Origin: Octopus bimaculoides
Lineage: Eukaryota
Assembly: GCF_001194135.2 (NCBI RefSeq)
Contig: NC_068984.1
Coordinates: forward strand, 76,474,758 to 76,538,434
Reading direction: 5' to 3'
Length of the DNA stretch: 63,677 nucleotides
The notes under the pieces are model-generated. The model made no database searches, was not told the DNA's origin, and worked only from the letters and a program-made list of their open reading frames with translations. The position numbers and the translations under genes are program-made. Within the stretch, counting starts at the first letter, position 1, and each line of letters starts with the position of its first letter. This document shows, in pieces, positions 46,517 through 60,141 of this stretch.

Positions 46517-48200
46517 GAAGGCAGCGAGCTAGCAGAATAGTTAACACATTAGACAAAATGTCTAGCAGCATTTCGTCTGTCTTTATGTTCTGAATTCAAA
46601 TTCCTCCAAGGTCGACTTCACCTTTTGTTCTTTTGGAGTCGATTAAGTAAGTACTTGTTAAGCACAGGGGTCGATGTAATCAACTTACTCTCTCTCACTG
46701 AAATTGCTGGCTTTTTGCCAAAATTTGAAATCATTAATATTAATGAGGTTGATGTAATTGACTAACCCCCTTTTCCTAAAATTTCAGGCCTTTTGCCTAT
46801 GTTATTATTAGAATCGTTAGCGTGCTGGATGAAATGCTTAGCGGTATTTCGCCCGTTGCTACATTCTGAGTTCAAATTCCACTGAAGTCATCTTTGCTTT
46901 TCATCCTTTCGGGGTTGATAGATTAAGTGCCAGTGAAACACTGGGATCAATTTAATCAACCAGTCCCCTCCTCCCTAATTTGAGGCCTTGTGCCTCTAGT
47001 AGAAAGGATTATTATTATTATTATTATTATTATTGCTGCTGCTGCAGTGGTAGAATTGATAGAGTATCTCACAAAACATTTTCTGATAAATTGTTCCAGC
47101 ATTTTATATTCTGAGTCTAAATGTTGCCAAGATAAGCTTTGCCTTCCTCGCACCGGAGCCAATAAAATAAAGTACCAGTGAACTCTTGGGCTGTTTGATT
47201 GAATCGACCAACCCCTCCCACCTTCAAATTTCTGGCCCTGGGCCTTTGTTAGAAATAATTATGGTAGTTGAATATCAGAATTTTTAGAATTATGAAGAAA
47301 ATGTCTTGCTGTATTTGCTTACTTCTCTCAATGTTCTGAGTTCAAATCCTACTAAGATTAACTTCGCATTTTTTTAAATATTTACAGGGGTCAATAAATA
47401 AAGTAATAGTCAAGTACTGGTTGATTTAATCAACTGCTCTCATCCCCTTAAAAATTGAGGCCTTGTGTCAATATTAGAAATTATTGAGAAGAGAACCTGA
47501 ATTGGTTGATATCTATAGTGTGGCATTTTGAGTTTCATTACACTCTGGTTTCAGATCCTGCCAGAGTTGATGAAATATATACCAGTCTAGTCTAGTGCTG
47601 GAGATCAGTTGACCCAAAATGTGTGTCCTTGTGCCTAGTGTGTCGGACAAAATGTGTAGCAATATTTATTCTGGCGCTTTACACCCTTGAGTTCAGATCA
47701 CACATTGGTCAACTGAGACTTTCATCCTTTTTAGGATCGATAAAATGAAGTACCAGTCAAGTACTGGAATCAATGTAGTCGATTAATCCCACTGTTTTAA
47801 AATTGCTGGCCTTGTGCCAAAATTTTAAACATGATGGTGGTAGATTAACAGAATCATTGAGCATCAAAGAGAATGCTTTGTGGCATTCCTTCTGGCTCTT
47901 ACTCTCTTGTTTCAAATTCTACCGTAGTCAGCTTTACATTTCATCCATCCAGGGTCGATAAAGTAAAGTACCAGTCAAGTACTGGGGTCATGGCATCAAC
48001 TAACTCTTCCCCTTAAAATTGTTGGCCTTGCGCCTAAATCAGAACCCATAACTTTATATTTCTTTATCTTTACGTGGTGTTCAAATCCCTCCTAGGTCAA
48101 CTTTACCTTTCATATTTTCAGGGTCAATAAAGTACCAGTCAAGTACTGAGGTCTTTATAATAGACTGTTCACCTCCTCACCCAATTTTTGGCCTTGTGCT
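45640..48200 (+). repeat. Head-to-tail cluster of about ten SINE family B copies and fragments
   Basis: Repeated ..TTCTGAGTTCAAAT..TTTCATCC..GATAAA..AAGTACCAGT..GGCCTTGTGCC units, all on the + strand, several separated by (ATT)n. Confidence 0.75.
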
Positions 48201-48354
48201 CTCTATTAGTAGTTTATTTTTCATTGACTCTTGACTTATGATGTGGTACATGATATGATATATTGTAATTTGAAACATTTTGATATCAAAGTGCAATATC
48301 TTGAACCTGAAGAGAAATATTACTAGAAGAAAAGAAAAGTAATATTTCTTTGAT

Positions 48355-48390
<36 letters not shown>

Positions 48391-48391
48391 C

Positions 48392-48946
48392 NNNNNNNNN
48401 NNNNNNNNNNNNNNNNNNNNNNNNNNNNNNNNNNNNNNNNNNNNNNNNNNNNNNNNNNNNNNNNNNNNNNNNNNNNNNNNNNNNNNNNNNNNNNNNNNNN
48501 NNNNNNNNNNNNNNNNNNNNNNNNNNNNNNNNNNNNNNNNNNNNNNNNNNNNNNNNNNNNNNNNNNNNNNNNNNNNNNNNNNNNNNNNNNNNNNNNNNNN
48601 NNNNNNNNNNNNNNNNNNNNNNNNNNNNNNNNNNNNNNNNNNNNNNNNNNNNNNNNNNNNNNNNNNNNNNNNNNNNNNNNNNNNNNNNNNNNNNNNNNNN
48701 NNNNNNNNNNNNNNNNNNNNNNNNNNNNNNNNNNNNNNNNNNNNNNNNNNNNNNNNNNNNNNNNNNNNNNNNNNNNNNNNNNNNNNNNNNNNNNNNNNNN
48801 NNNNNNNNNNNNNNNNNNNNNNNNNNNNNNNNNNNNNNNNNNNNNNNNNNNNNNNNNNNNNNNNNNNNNNNNNNNNNNNNNNNNNNNNNNNNNNNNNNNN
48901 NNNNNNNNNNNNNNNNNNNNNNNNNNNNNNNNNNNNNNNNNNNNNN
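48392..48946. other. Assembly gap (others: 7428-7437, 53590-53821, 54380-54490, 62383-62925)
   Basis: N runs. Confidence 1.
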
Positions 48947-49686
48947 GCAATCCAATTATGATAATTTAAAAAAAAATGCTAAAAAAAAAAACTACAGGAT
49001 GAATTAAAAAAAAATGACTGTACTATATGTGTTGTTTGTTTTTATTTTGTCTGTTCCACCTTTATTTTTTGTATTTTATTTATTTTTTTCTGTCCAATTG
49101 GAAACTACTTTTACTGTCTGGATTACCTAATCTCAACTGAAGGGCAATGCCCAAAATATTAGGCATCTGTTTCTTTTACAACTATTGAACTTTTCCTATC
49201 GTGAACCAGGTTTCATTATATCTGTTTCTCATTTTTGATTAAGCACATTTAAGATGTAGAATTAATGTCAATCAAACATGGCAATTATGTCTTTCAGCAC
49301 TCTTAAATGTCTTTTTTTAATCTTTTTGCTTGTTTCAGGTATTGGGCTGCGGCCATGCTGGAGCATCGCCTTGAAGGGTATAATTGAACAAATCAACCCA
49401 AGACCTTTTTTTTTTTAAGTGTGATACTTAATCTGTTCTCTTTTGCTGAATCTCTAAGTTACGGGTGTGTTGGTAAACTAACTAACAAAGGTTGTCAAGC
49501 AGCAAGGAAGTAGACACAAGACACATGTATACGCAATGGGCTTCTGCATAGTTTCTGTTTGCCAAATTCACTCAAAAGGCATTGGTTGGCATGGGGCTAT
49601 AGTAGAAGACACTTCCCCAAGGTGCCGCGCAGTGGAACTGAACCCAAAACCATGTGGGTGCAAAGCGAGTTTCTCAACCATACAAC

Positions 49687-49740
<54 letters not shown>

Positions 49741-49935
49741 CAATGATGCTGAATCATCATCGACCAAAACTGCTTAACCTCCCAAGTTAACCAGTTATAT
49801 TTATTGACTTATTATTATTATTATTATTATTGTTGTTGTTATTACCAAGGTGGCGAGCGGGCAGAGTCGTTAGCACGCTGGATGAAATGCTTAGCGGGAT
49901 TTCGCCCGTCGCTACGTTCTGAGTTAAAATTCCGC

Positions 49936-51078
49936 AGGACATCGTGCCCTGGTTGTTGCGAAAGCTTACAATGTCCATGTCAGCACCATCTATCGCCTGT
50001 AACAGCAATACAACACCAACAGCACTGCAGATCGTGCCCACAGAGGGCGCCTCCGGGTGACCACGCCCAAGCAAGTCCGCTTCATCCACCTGCAACACCT
50101 TCGTGATCGCTTCAGCCTGACCAGCGTGACAGTTCGCGAGACCATTGGTACTGGACAGTGACTCATCAGCGACGACACGATACAACATCGAGTGGCCGCC
50201 AACAACCTGCATTGCTGTCGTTCTGCTCGAGGGCCTGCCCTCACCACTCGCCATCGTCAGTGGGCTACACAACACCGACATTGGCGGTATCAACAATGGA
50301 GGTCGATAGTCTTCTCTGACGAGAGCCGGTACTGCGTTTCTATCTCGGACGACAGAGTGAAGGTGTGTCGTAGGAGGGCTGAACGCTACAGAGACGTATG
50401 TGTCATGGAGAGAGACGCATGGGGTGGCCGAAGCATCATGATTTGGGGGTGCTATAGGTCTGAATCAGAAAATTGGGCCTCATGTGTTCCAAAATGTTAG
50501 TGCAGGCAAAAGGAATAGCATCACAGTACAGCGCTACGTTGGTCAGATCCTGAGACCTCACATCGTGCCCTTCTTCGCGCGTCACCATAGCTACGTGCTC
50601 CCTCCCACACGGCCAGGGTCACCATGGACTTCCTTCGTCAGCACAGCATCAGAACCATGCTGTGGCCGGCTCTCAACTCGAACCCAATTGAATACCTGTG
50701 GGATGAAATCCATAGACGGCTGAATCAGGTGGCCCCCGAGGCCAACAACTCGTGCGGAACTGGAGGTAGCTTTCCTCAAGGTGTGGGCACTGGTGCCAAT
50801 GTTTTTTGTGAACCGCCTCATGCACTCCATGTACCGACGGTGTATGGCCGTTTTGAACACTCAGGGAGGACATGCACGGTATTGAACATGTTACGCCCTA
50901 CAATATCAATATGCTGGATCCGCCCACTACCAGAATACATAACAACGACCCATAGACTGTAGTGAAAGAACATAAAAAACATTGACTTTATCAGATTTAT
51001 CAAAAATTTTTCTCTGACATAATGAAATCAAAACATATTTCACAGCCACACGTCTCGCGTTTCTTTTGCGGTTCAGTG
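49936..51078 (+). mobile_element. Tc1-family DNA transposon relic, left end truncated
   Basis: HTH remnant VAKAYNVHVSTIYRL, IVFSDESR, IMIWG, NPIEYLWDEI; right end ...GCGGTTCAGTG followed by TA; the second catalytic Asp region appears deleted. Confidence 0.85.
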
Positions 51079-51103
51079 TATGTATATGTCAATGGGCGGG
51101 GGG

Positions 51104-51205
<102 letters not shown>

Positions 51206-51242
51206 CAATATCAGTGTCGATTGGGGACTTTTGAGGTTAGTA

Positions 51243-52150
51243 CTAGGGTCGATTGAAAAGTTAATAGGCTGACCAAAATTCTCTCATGGAATGTGATCAA
51301 ATGAGGTTTATTTTTCAACATAGACTCCACTTGCAGTCCACACACTTCTTCCAATGGTGTTGCAGTGCTTGGATCCCTTTGGTGAAGAAATTTTAATCCT
51401 GCTGGTCAAAAAAGTTATCAGCAGCACATATGTCGTCATCACCACTGCGATACTGGTTCCCAGCCATGTATTTTTCATGGCGAACAAATGATAGTCAGCT
51501 GGGACCAAATCAGAACTGGGACGGTGATCAACTAGTTCAAAGCCACAGTCACGTGTAGCAGCTATCGAAACCAAGAACATGTGTGCTGGAGCGTTGTCTT
51601 AACGAAAGAAGACCCCTTTCGTCAGTTTTCCTGGGCGTTTCCTTTTGAAGATAGTCGATAAATACAACGCCTTTTGCACACCAAATAACTGAGGCCAACA
51701 CTTTCCCTGCAGATGAAACGACCTTGGTCTTCTTTTGGGAAGGTGAGGAGAGGCATTTCCACTGTATGGATTACCTCTGGCTTAAAGCGATGAACCTAAC
51801 ACTCACCACAGGTTAGGATGCGTTCAAAAAGACCAGCTGCTTCAATGTCAGATTTTTTCCATCATGTGATCAGTTCGGTGTGGTTTTGATCAGGTGTCAG
51901 AAGATGTGACACCCATTGAGCATGAACCTTCGTCGAGCCAAGTTCATTGTGCAGAATGTTCTCAAGTTTCTCACAGGATATGCTCATAACATTGGCTACT
52001 TGAGTTATAGTCAATCATCTGTTATCCATCAACATGTGAATACGATCAATATTTTGCTCGGTGGTGGCAGTTGTGGGACGTCCAGACATTGGGTCATATT
52101 CAAGACTCTCCCCTCCCCTCTCCTCCTAAATTCAGCCTTCTTGGCATCTT
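51243..52150 (-). mobile_element. Mariner-family transposon relic, internally deleted
   Basis: TA then CTAGGGTCGATTGAAAAGTT TIR-like end; minus-strand DNAPAH, GFELVDH.P.SDLVP.DYHLF and SGRPTTATT HTH remnant. Confidence 0.85.
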
Positions 52151-52430
52151 AGAAATGTGGCTTGTCCAGCACAGATTGCTGTTTACAATAATACCCAGGC
52201 CGCGTTCACTATGAAGCCGTGGCCAGCAAGAAGGGACACGGCAAATGTTTTGATTGCGTTTGTACGCCGGATTTCATCCTCACATTTTTGAACCGTGTCT
52301 TAGGCTATGTGAAACTGTTGGAGACTTTGGTCAATGCCTGACTGGAGAAAGTTGCTGCTGGAAGGCCATATATGTGACAGAAAGATTCGGCTCCTTGCCA
52401 TACCCCTGGAAAGAGTAAGAAAAAGTCCAG
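52150..52430 (+). mobile_element. Fragment of a third Tc1/mariner transposase (maT/DD37D-like)
   Basis: YVKLLETLVNA*LEKVAAGRPYM*QKDSAPCHT resembles the QQDSAPCH catalytic segment. Confidence 0.55.
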
Positions 52431-53020
52431 AGAGATGGAAAAGAATAGTTGGAGCAAAGCACTCATACGTTAATACGCATATGCACATGTACAGTCTATA
52501 GATGCACGCACATGCATATTAATTAAGCTCTGAATATAGATAATGAAAAGTCTATGATCAACAGTCATTAGGTTTTGTGTATCTCAGACTATACATTTTC
52601 TAATGTGTCTTTTTCTCTTCTTTATTACCTAGGTCTAGAAGACGCAGTACCCATAACGTTTATAGTCCCTATAAGACCAGTGATTTCTCTGTCGTGAACC
52701 TTCCGCTGAAAATATTAGGAGATGAAATATTTTATAGCTCTGAAAGAAAAGTCATTGTAATGCAGTCATAGCTACATTTAGGATGTTCATTTACATGAAA
52801 AATCCTCGGTGATTGCGACGCCTAACATTTGGAGTAACCGCAAGGACTGTAGTTACATGCTGCTTATGTTTAAGTGAACGTGAGATGCGATGTTTGTTTG
52901 ATACAAGCGGTATTTGTTTTTCGTTGTTGGAGAAAACAATATTGGTATGTGTCTATTGAAGTATACTTTCAAGTGTGTGTCGTATGGAGTTGGATACAAA
53001 GCAGGCAGTGAAAGTGGAGG

Positions 53021-53455
53021 TTATAAGTAGAGCAAAGGAGTATTCTGCAAAATTTGGCTAGGGGCTAGAAAGATCGGCTGCATTTTTGGATGCGGGTGAG
53101 ATTGAAGGCTGTATGATGCATAGAGACAATGGTCTTGCAAGAGTCGAGACGCCGGGTGAACGCTATGCAGTTTTTTTGGGTGGTGGTAGTGGTGGAGGTG
53201 GATGATTTTATTCAGATGTTTTAGATGTAGAAGTAAGAGTTCATTGAACATTGAGGCAAGTTGGTCATTGATGTATAAAAATAAGGGTGTTGGGAAGAGA
53301 ATCCTGGGGTATACCAGAGTTGATAGGATTTGTATAAATCGTGATAGTGCACTTTGATAAGAAGCTATTGATAGAAATGATGAGAGACGAATTGACCCCA
53401 GGGGGGTAGAGGAGTTTTGCACTTCAGATACGGTTGAAAAATTTTCTGATGTCAA
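53021..53455 (-). mobile_element. Decayed CR1/Jockey-like RT fragment
   Basis: VYPRILFPTPLFLYINDQL resembles GVPQGSxLxPxLFxxxINDL. Confidence 0.45.
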
Positions 53456-53939
53456 GGGTAACTGGAGCGAGAGCCAATTGATATGACATAAAAAATAGGC
53501 CTCTAGAAGATCTATCTCTGTTTTCCTTAACAGAAGATGGTAGTGCTGGTCATAAGATAGCTCTCTCTCTCCCTCTCTCTCTCTCTCTCNNNNNNNNNNN
53601 NNNNNNNNNNNNNNNNNNNNNNNNNNNNNNNNNNNNNNNNNNNNNNNNNNNNNNNNNNNNNNNNNNNNNNNNNNNNNNNNNNNNNNNNNNNNNNNNNNNN
53701 NNNNNNNNNNNNNNNNNNNNNNNNNNNNNNNNNNNNNNNNNNNNNNNNNNNNNNNNNNNNNNNNNNNNNNNNNNNNNNNNNNNNNNNNNNNNNNNNNNNN
53801 NNNNNNNNNNNNNNNNNNNNNATATATTAGTTTATGTATATATTAATATTATCTCAGTTATTAAAACTTTCGATAATTTAAATACGTTAAAAGTTACCAG
53901 AGGTAGCAAAATTACACTAAAAAACAAGATATCACAGCC

Positions 53940-54170
53940 GTTTTACACTATATATATATAGTGAGAATTTACAAAAAAAAAAAAACAAAAGACGAAGATG
54001 GGTGTGTAAGCAACAAACAGATGTATTAGTTTAACGCTCAGGAAGTGAGAAAGTCTTTTACGTTTCGAGCCTACGCTCATCGACGGAAAGGAACACAGAA
54101 ATAAACAGGAAGAGAAAATAGAAAAAGGTTTTGTGGCTAGAGATCTATCATGGCGAATACCGGACAGAGG
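53940..54170 (+). mobile_element. Possible Penelope-like terminal-repeat fragment
   Basis: ACGTTTCGAGCCTACGCTCATCGAC motif; no ORF support. Confidence 0.3.
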
Positions 54171-54490
54171 AGTTACACAGGAGAGCTAGGAAGAAGGGGA
54201 GATAATAAAATAATAGTGATCCCAAAACGAAGGTGCGCGTGCATGTGTATGTGAGAGCGTGTATGTGCGTGGGGAAGGGGGCTGGTGACATTAACGTGTG
54301 CGTGTGTGCATGCGTAGGTGTGTGAATGATGGTGTAGATGCTGGGAAGTGGTCAGTGCTAGTGTGTGCGTCATATATATNNNNNNNNNNNNNNNNNNNNN
54401 NNNNNNNNNNNNNNNNNNNNNNNNNNNNNNNNNNNNNNNNNNNNNNNNNNNNNNNNNNNNNNNNNNNNNNNNNNNNNNNNNNNNNNNNNN

Positions 54491-54529
<39 letters not shown>

Positions 54530-54695
54530 GAAAGGTGGGGAAACAAGGTGTTGGAAATATTATCTTTTATATGCTTCACACATGTTAGGAGTAACTTAAT
54601 GTTTTTCATAGATAATGTGTCCTTGAAATATTTAATATCTGAAAAATTCTTTTTTTCTACGTTAATAAATGTATATTTTTGTATCGCTGATGAAG

Positions 54696-54767
54696 TCAGA
54701 ATAAAACCGATGCATATCCGGAGTTGTCTCCTCTTTCCGCTTTTATATGGTCCATCTTGAAGTTTGC
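54696..54767 (-). CDS. GPCR terminal coding exon ([23 protein letters not shown])
   Basis: TGTTTGTTTGTTATCCAAAGTAG| acceptor; phase 0; TGA at 54698-54696. Confidence 0.5.
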   Translation of the reverse strand, partial: ANFKMDHIKAERGDNSGYASVLF

Positions 54768-56093
54768 CTACTTTGGATAACAAACAAACATCATTCTTAT
54801 TTCTATGATAGAATTATTTGTACTATGAACATCTCAAGAACCAATTACACCAACATTATACGAATGTTAATATAATATTATGCGAACAGGACAACATGTA
54901 CGTACAAAAATACACTAATTCAATAAATATGTAACAGCACGAATAACGTGTAGATGAAGAGTACATGTGAAATGCAATAATATGCAGATACAGCAGGAAA
55001 TTGAAAATGCACCGGCATGATAGCATAAGAAAATGCAATAGTATTAATTTTCAACTCTAAACATATTAGTAACACAGAAATCAGCAGTAAAACAAAAAGA
55101 AACTCATATAACAAAACATCTTTTTATTAAAAATATTTATTTTCCCTCAAAGAAATAAAATATTAGCGAATATGTTTGCGCATGTGTAAAAGTATTATGA
55201 GTATAGTCAAAATGATTAGGCTTAGTATATCACTGGTATTTTATTTTATTTTTTTCTGAACACATGAGAAGTTAAGGACGATCTTGGTGGGATGTGAACT
55301 TTGCTTACAAGATGATTTAAACCCGATATTGTAAAGAATCGGATATGGTTATCTCCCATTTCTGCTAACTCAACGATTATGGAAATGTTTCTGAACATAA
55401 TTTGTACTAAACACAACGTACACACGCAAATACACGCATCAAATAAAGACACGCGCATATCTTACAGCCTTATATATACCCCTACCACTCGAATGGTTTG
55501 TAGTATTATAAGACAAAGAATGAAACCGGTAACTTTCAATGATTCTTCTTCGAATGTTTTGTATTTCACACTCTTTAGTTGTTAAAATTGAAAAAAAAAA
55601 AAAAGTATTGTCATAGCAGCAGTCTAATTTCATACACACACTATAGTTATTAAAAAGTCAAATACTTTTTAATAACGATTACATATTATCTTTAAGGCGG
55701 TGAGCTGTCAGAATCGTTAGTACGCTGGGCAAAATGCTTAGTGGCATTTCACCTGTCTTTATGTTCAAGGTTCAAATGCCGCCGGACTGGTTCGATGTAA
55801 TCGATTACCCTCAAAATCGCTGGTCTTGTGCCAACATTTGAAACCAATAATGATTATACATTTTTATACGCACATATGCACAAATGTGTGTGTGCGTGCG
55901 TACATATACGCTTACATACATATATGTATGTGTTATGTACATACATACAAATATACCTACATATACATATATGTATATATGCAAATGCATATATTCACAC
56001 ACACACACTTATACATAAACACATTCATATACGTATATATACATGCATGCATACATATGTGTGTGCGTGTGTGTATGTATATATGTATGTATG

Positions 56094-56141
<48 letters not shown>

Positions 56142-56799
56142 CACTCGTGACGTAAAATCCTGCCATACTAATACATATACGCACACACGTTATTATATGC
56201 ATATGTATGTGTGTGTCTGTCTGTGTATGTTTGTGCGTGCATCTGCGTGTGTACACATACATATACATAAATACACACACACATACGCACATTTCATTGC
56301 CTGTATCCTCATTGCAGGAACACGAACTGTGGCTGCGACGTTCCTCATCTTGTAAATCTTTTCTAACATTATCTAATATATGCTTCCGTTTTTAAGGCGT
56401 AAGGAGTGATTTGAAGGATATTTGTCGGCTAATTCTAGCAGTGTGACTGACCACGTAGTGATTTACTCATTGGCTCAACCAAAATTTTGTTTCGTGTAGC
56501 ATACTGGTTTCAAATTTTGGCACAAGCCCAGCAGCTATGAGGAAGGGCTAAGTCGATTAAATCAACCCCAGTGTTCAACTGTCACTATTTTATCGACTCG
56601 GAAAGGATGAAAGGCAAAGTGGAATTTGAACTCAGAACATAAAGGCAGACGAAATACCATTAAACATTTTGCCCGGTCTGCTAAAGCTCGCCGCCCAAGG
56701 ACAGTGAAATACATTGTGTTGTAAGCGCATGCACGCATGTATACATTCATGTACACATGCATACAACTATATATGTTCAGATATGTAAGTGCGTATTTA

Positions 56800-56855
<56 letters not shown>

Positions 56856-57299
56856 GATGTAAGTTTGAGTAGGTAAACATTCAAACACATCTTATTTAGA
56901 CAATATACATTAAGAACAAACATATTTTTACAAGTATACAGCTACACATTGGATTGTTAATAAAACGTCATTATCAAATTTAAGTTTAAAAAATTTATAA
57001 AAGTAATTAAAAATAATTTGTAATACAGGAACGAGATCACACATTTTAGGAGAAGCGACTCTTATTTTAATCGACCTGCTATTTGACTGGTACTTTATTT
57101 ATCGGCCCCGGGAACAAGTAAAAGTATATTCGATCTCAGTAGCATTGAAACTTCTAACGTTAAAGCATTTGTCATCTAGAATGCATTATAAGTAGGGTTT
57201 GAAGCTAAAACAAAAAGGAGGTGGGGAGATAATTACGTACCACAAACATTTTATCTGTCGCTCTACAGTTTCTGCCTTGTGTATTCTTGTTAACATAAT

Positions 57300-57339
<40 letters not shown>

Positions 57340-60141
57340 AGCGTTCTATATATCTTACTTAACCAGCCTGTCGGCTCATAATGAATCAATAATAATTGTA
57401 TAAATGATCTCGAGTTTAATGATAATTTGTATAAATGATCTCGAGTTTAATAATAATTTTTAAATTTTAAAATTAGTTTGAGTCTTTTGAGCACCAATAT
57501 TTATATTTTCTGTTCATCTTTATTCTTGTCATTCTTTCTTTAAATTAAAATCTGAATTTCTTTTAATCATAAAATCCGCATTTCTTTTAATGTTTTTCTC
57601 CTTATTACTTTCGTAGGGTTGAGAATTACTTGCGTAACTGGATTTTATTTCTGTGAAAGAGAAATGAGAAAAATTGAAAAACAAAACAAACAAAAAAAAA
57701 CAACAGATCAAAACAAAGTAAAAACAACGAGAATCATTATCACAAACTTCGTCTGTAACATAACTTACTGCTTGGCTCGCAATTTCCGCTCCCCCTTTTC
57801 TTCCCTATTTGTGTGTATATGTATGCATGTACATATATATATTTCTCAAGATTATCAGCAAAGATAGAACAGAATTTTGAATCTTTATTCTGTCTACGTC
57901 TCTCTCCTTGTGTCTTTCTCTGTATCTCTCCCTCCGTCATTCCGTCCATCCGTCCGTACGTCCGTCCGTCTGTCTGTATGCATGTACAAAATATATGTAT
58001 AGCATGTACACATTCTCAACAGGATCGTTAATGACATCTAGTGTTATACAATATTAATTAATGTAAAAACCATTAAATGTAGTATGGTATTACGTTAAAC
58101 ACCTAATAATATTGATTCAAAGTTTGACATCAGGCGAGCAATTTCGGGAGAGGGTTGAAGTCGATTACTCAACTGGCTTTGGGTAACAGAAAATGCAGGA
58201 GGATCAGTTAATTATGATTTTGTTCAACGTATTTTCCTCTCAGATTCACACACTTATTGCAGCGGTCGTACAATTTTTCTAAGTCCTATAAAAGAACTAG
58301 GAAGAGAGGGCCTCCAACCAGGCCTTTCCTCAATTCTCTTAAAGCCAGGAAATTTTCCGCTCTTTTTCATATATCCACCCAAACTATGTCCAACATAGAC
58401 AGGCACAGTTATTATGGATATAGTTATGCATCATAACCATGTCTATCGTAACTATGGCCATCTTAAATGTGGCCATTCCAACTGTATCTATCCTAAGTGT
58501 ATTCATTCTATGCTCGTCATAACGATGTCTCTCATAACTATGTCTATCCTATGTCCATCTTAAATATGTCTATTCTGTACCCATCTTATATCCATCCTAA
58601 CAAAATTACCCCAACTATACCTATCCTAAATGTGTCCTAAATATGTCCATCTTAACCTTACTTTTCCATTTTCCACCAATCATACAAGATAGAATTACTT
58701 CAATTTGAGATTAGTATTTCCGTTTGTATTTTATTTACTTATTTTGTTTTTATCTATTCTTAATATTAAAAGAATGAATGAAACTCTTTTCAAGACTTAC
58801 CGTTTTTGTTAGTGTCATCAAAGGATCCTTTTATCTGTGAATGAAATATAAAAGAAAACATTAAAAAAAAAAATGGATCATCTCAAAATACTGTAGCGAA
58901 CCGAGGAAGAAATATCTTTACGTGTAGTAATAGTAGTAAGAGGAGGAGGTGTTGTAAATTTTGATTTTAGCTTTAGGTCAGGCACGTTGTAAAATGCTTA
59001 TGATCATAGGTGTTCCAGCCGTGGTGACAATTTTTTCAGCTATTTACGCAAAAAGGTTTCTCAAACACATCACCCAATGTGTCTACTGAAAATGAAAACA
59101 CTTCAGACCTCATTTAGTTGTTTAGGACTAACAGCAAATATTTCATTCAAATTCACTGAGATTGAAAAATACTTATAGTCTGCAACTTTGAAATCCATTT
59201 CGTCACCTGGTGTGAAACCATTACCTGGCCCTCATAAACCTTGATCTAATAAACCTCTGATTAAAGGCATTCCAGGCATGACCATCCTGAATTTTCTTGT
59301 ATATCTAGGACTACACATTTTAACATGTGTTTCCTTTCGTTGTGAGACTACCAAATGTGATTTTAGGGGGTGGGGGTGGAATTCGTTATTTGTTGCAGGT
59401 CAAGCTATGACAAAGAGATTCTTTCGCTGACGCAATGATGATTCTAGTGATGATGATAGTGATTATGATGATGACAGGAAACATATACTTACAGTTTTAC
59501 TCTGAGATAAGGTACTTTGCTTTGTTGATAGATACTGGGTACGGAACTTGGATTCTACGAATGCCTTTCGTAACTGGAAGTTAAATTACAAAGTAAAGAT
59601 TAAACTTATCTTTCACACTACCTTACCGGTTCATATGACTTTATTTAATTATTTTGCATCCTATGGTGGGCAGTAGGTTAAAAAAATGAATTAAAAATAT
59701 TTATAAGTTCGTGAAAGGAGAAACGGGCAAAGAGGGACAGTATCCGAGAAATTTGAATGCTCTTTAGCAAAGATAATGAGCAAAACACGTTCAGAGAGCT
59801 GAAGAGATTGTATAAGACTAAGAATTTTTCCTGTGATAAATTGGGGCACTTGGTACAACATGCAAACTGCTACTTAAAAGACTTAAAGGTATAGTAATTG
59901 AAACTCGCATTGTTGACCTGCAGAAAAGTACCATCGTGTATTCTACAAAAATTATATGAAAGGTTCTTGAGATTTGAGGAGACATGTCACCAAACCTCAA
60001 GATAACATTCTTACTAATTAAAGCAACGTGTAATACCTTTGGAATAACAATAAAAACAAAAAACAACAAAAATAATAATTTCGATTGATAAATTCGTACC
60101 TGGTCGTTGAAAAGACAGTAGGCAAGGAAGACGAAAAATCC
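54696..60141 (-). CDS. 3' part of a family B (secretin/adhesion-like) GPCR: complement join(60100-60141,59493-59573,58801-58834,57769-57804,56287-56372,54696-54767), 116 aa plus stop
   Basis: Translation [14 protein letters not shown]|[27 protein letters not shown]|[12 protein letters not shown]|[12 protein letters not shown]|[28 protein letters not shown]|[23 protein letters not shown]. All junctions are GT-AG with compatible phases (0,0,1,1,0). The TM7 Q|GFFxF..YC..N motif is typical of family B. Confidence 0.7.
56287..56372 (-). CDS. GPCR C-tail exon ([12 protein letters not shown]...GNEMC)
   Basis: GC-richer open island among simple repeats; ATTAG| acceptor (weak tract), TGC|GTATGT donor; phase 1 to 0 fits the chain. 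Confidence 0.5.
57769..57804 (-). CDS. GPCR C-tail exon ([11 protein letters not shown]), symmetric phase 1
   Basis: Strong donor GCA|GTAAGT; weak pyrimidine tract at the acceptor. Confidence 0.45.
58370..58660 (+). repeat. Degenerate minisatellite, unit ~15 nt (CTATGTCCATCyTAA-like)
   Basis: Recurrent TATGTC.ATC.TAA words. Confidence 0.6.
58801..58834 (-). CDS. GPCR C-tail exon ([11 protein letters not shown])
   Basis: TTTCATTCACAG| acceptor, ACG|GTAAGT donor. Confidence 0.62.
59493..59573 (-). CDS. GPCR helix-8 exon ([10 protein letters not shown]...SQSKT)
   Basis: TTTAACTTCCAG| acceptor, ACT|GTAAGT donor; 81 nt, open. Confidence 0.78.
60100..60141 (-). CDS. GPCR TM7 exon ([14 protein letters not shown]), 42 nt
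   Basis: Minus strand TTATCATTCCAG| acceptor and CAG|GTACGA donor; 42-nt phase-0 TM7 exon as in family B GPCRs. Confidence 0.82.

Noticed and set aside
48177-48961. Long ORFs over gaps (also 54298-54783 and 62253-63042)
   Set aside because: Open only because of N runs and simple repeats
55811-56355. Overlapping H/T/Y/I/C/V-rich ORFs
   Set aside because: Translation of (CA)n/(TA)n low-complexity sequence
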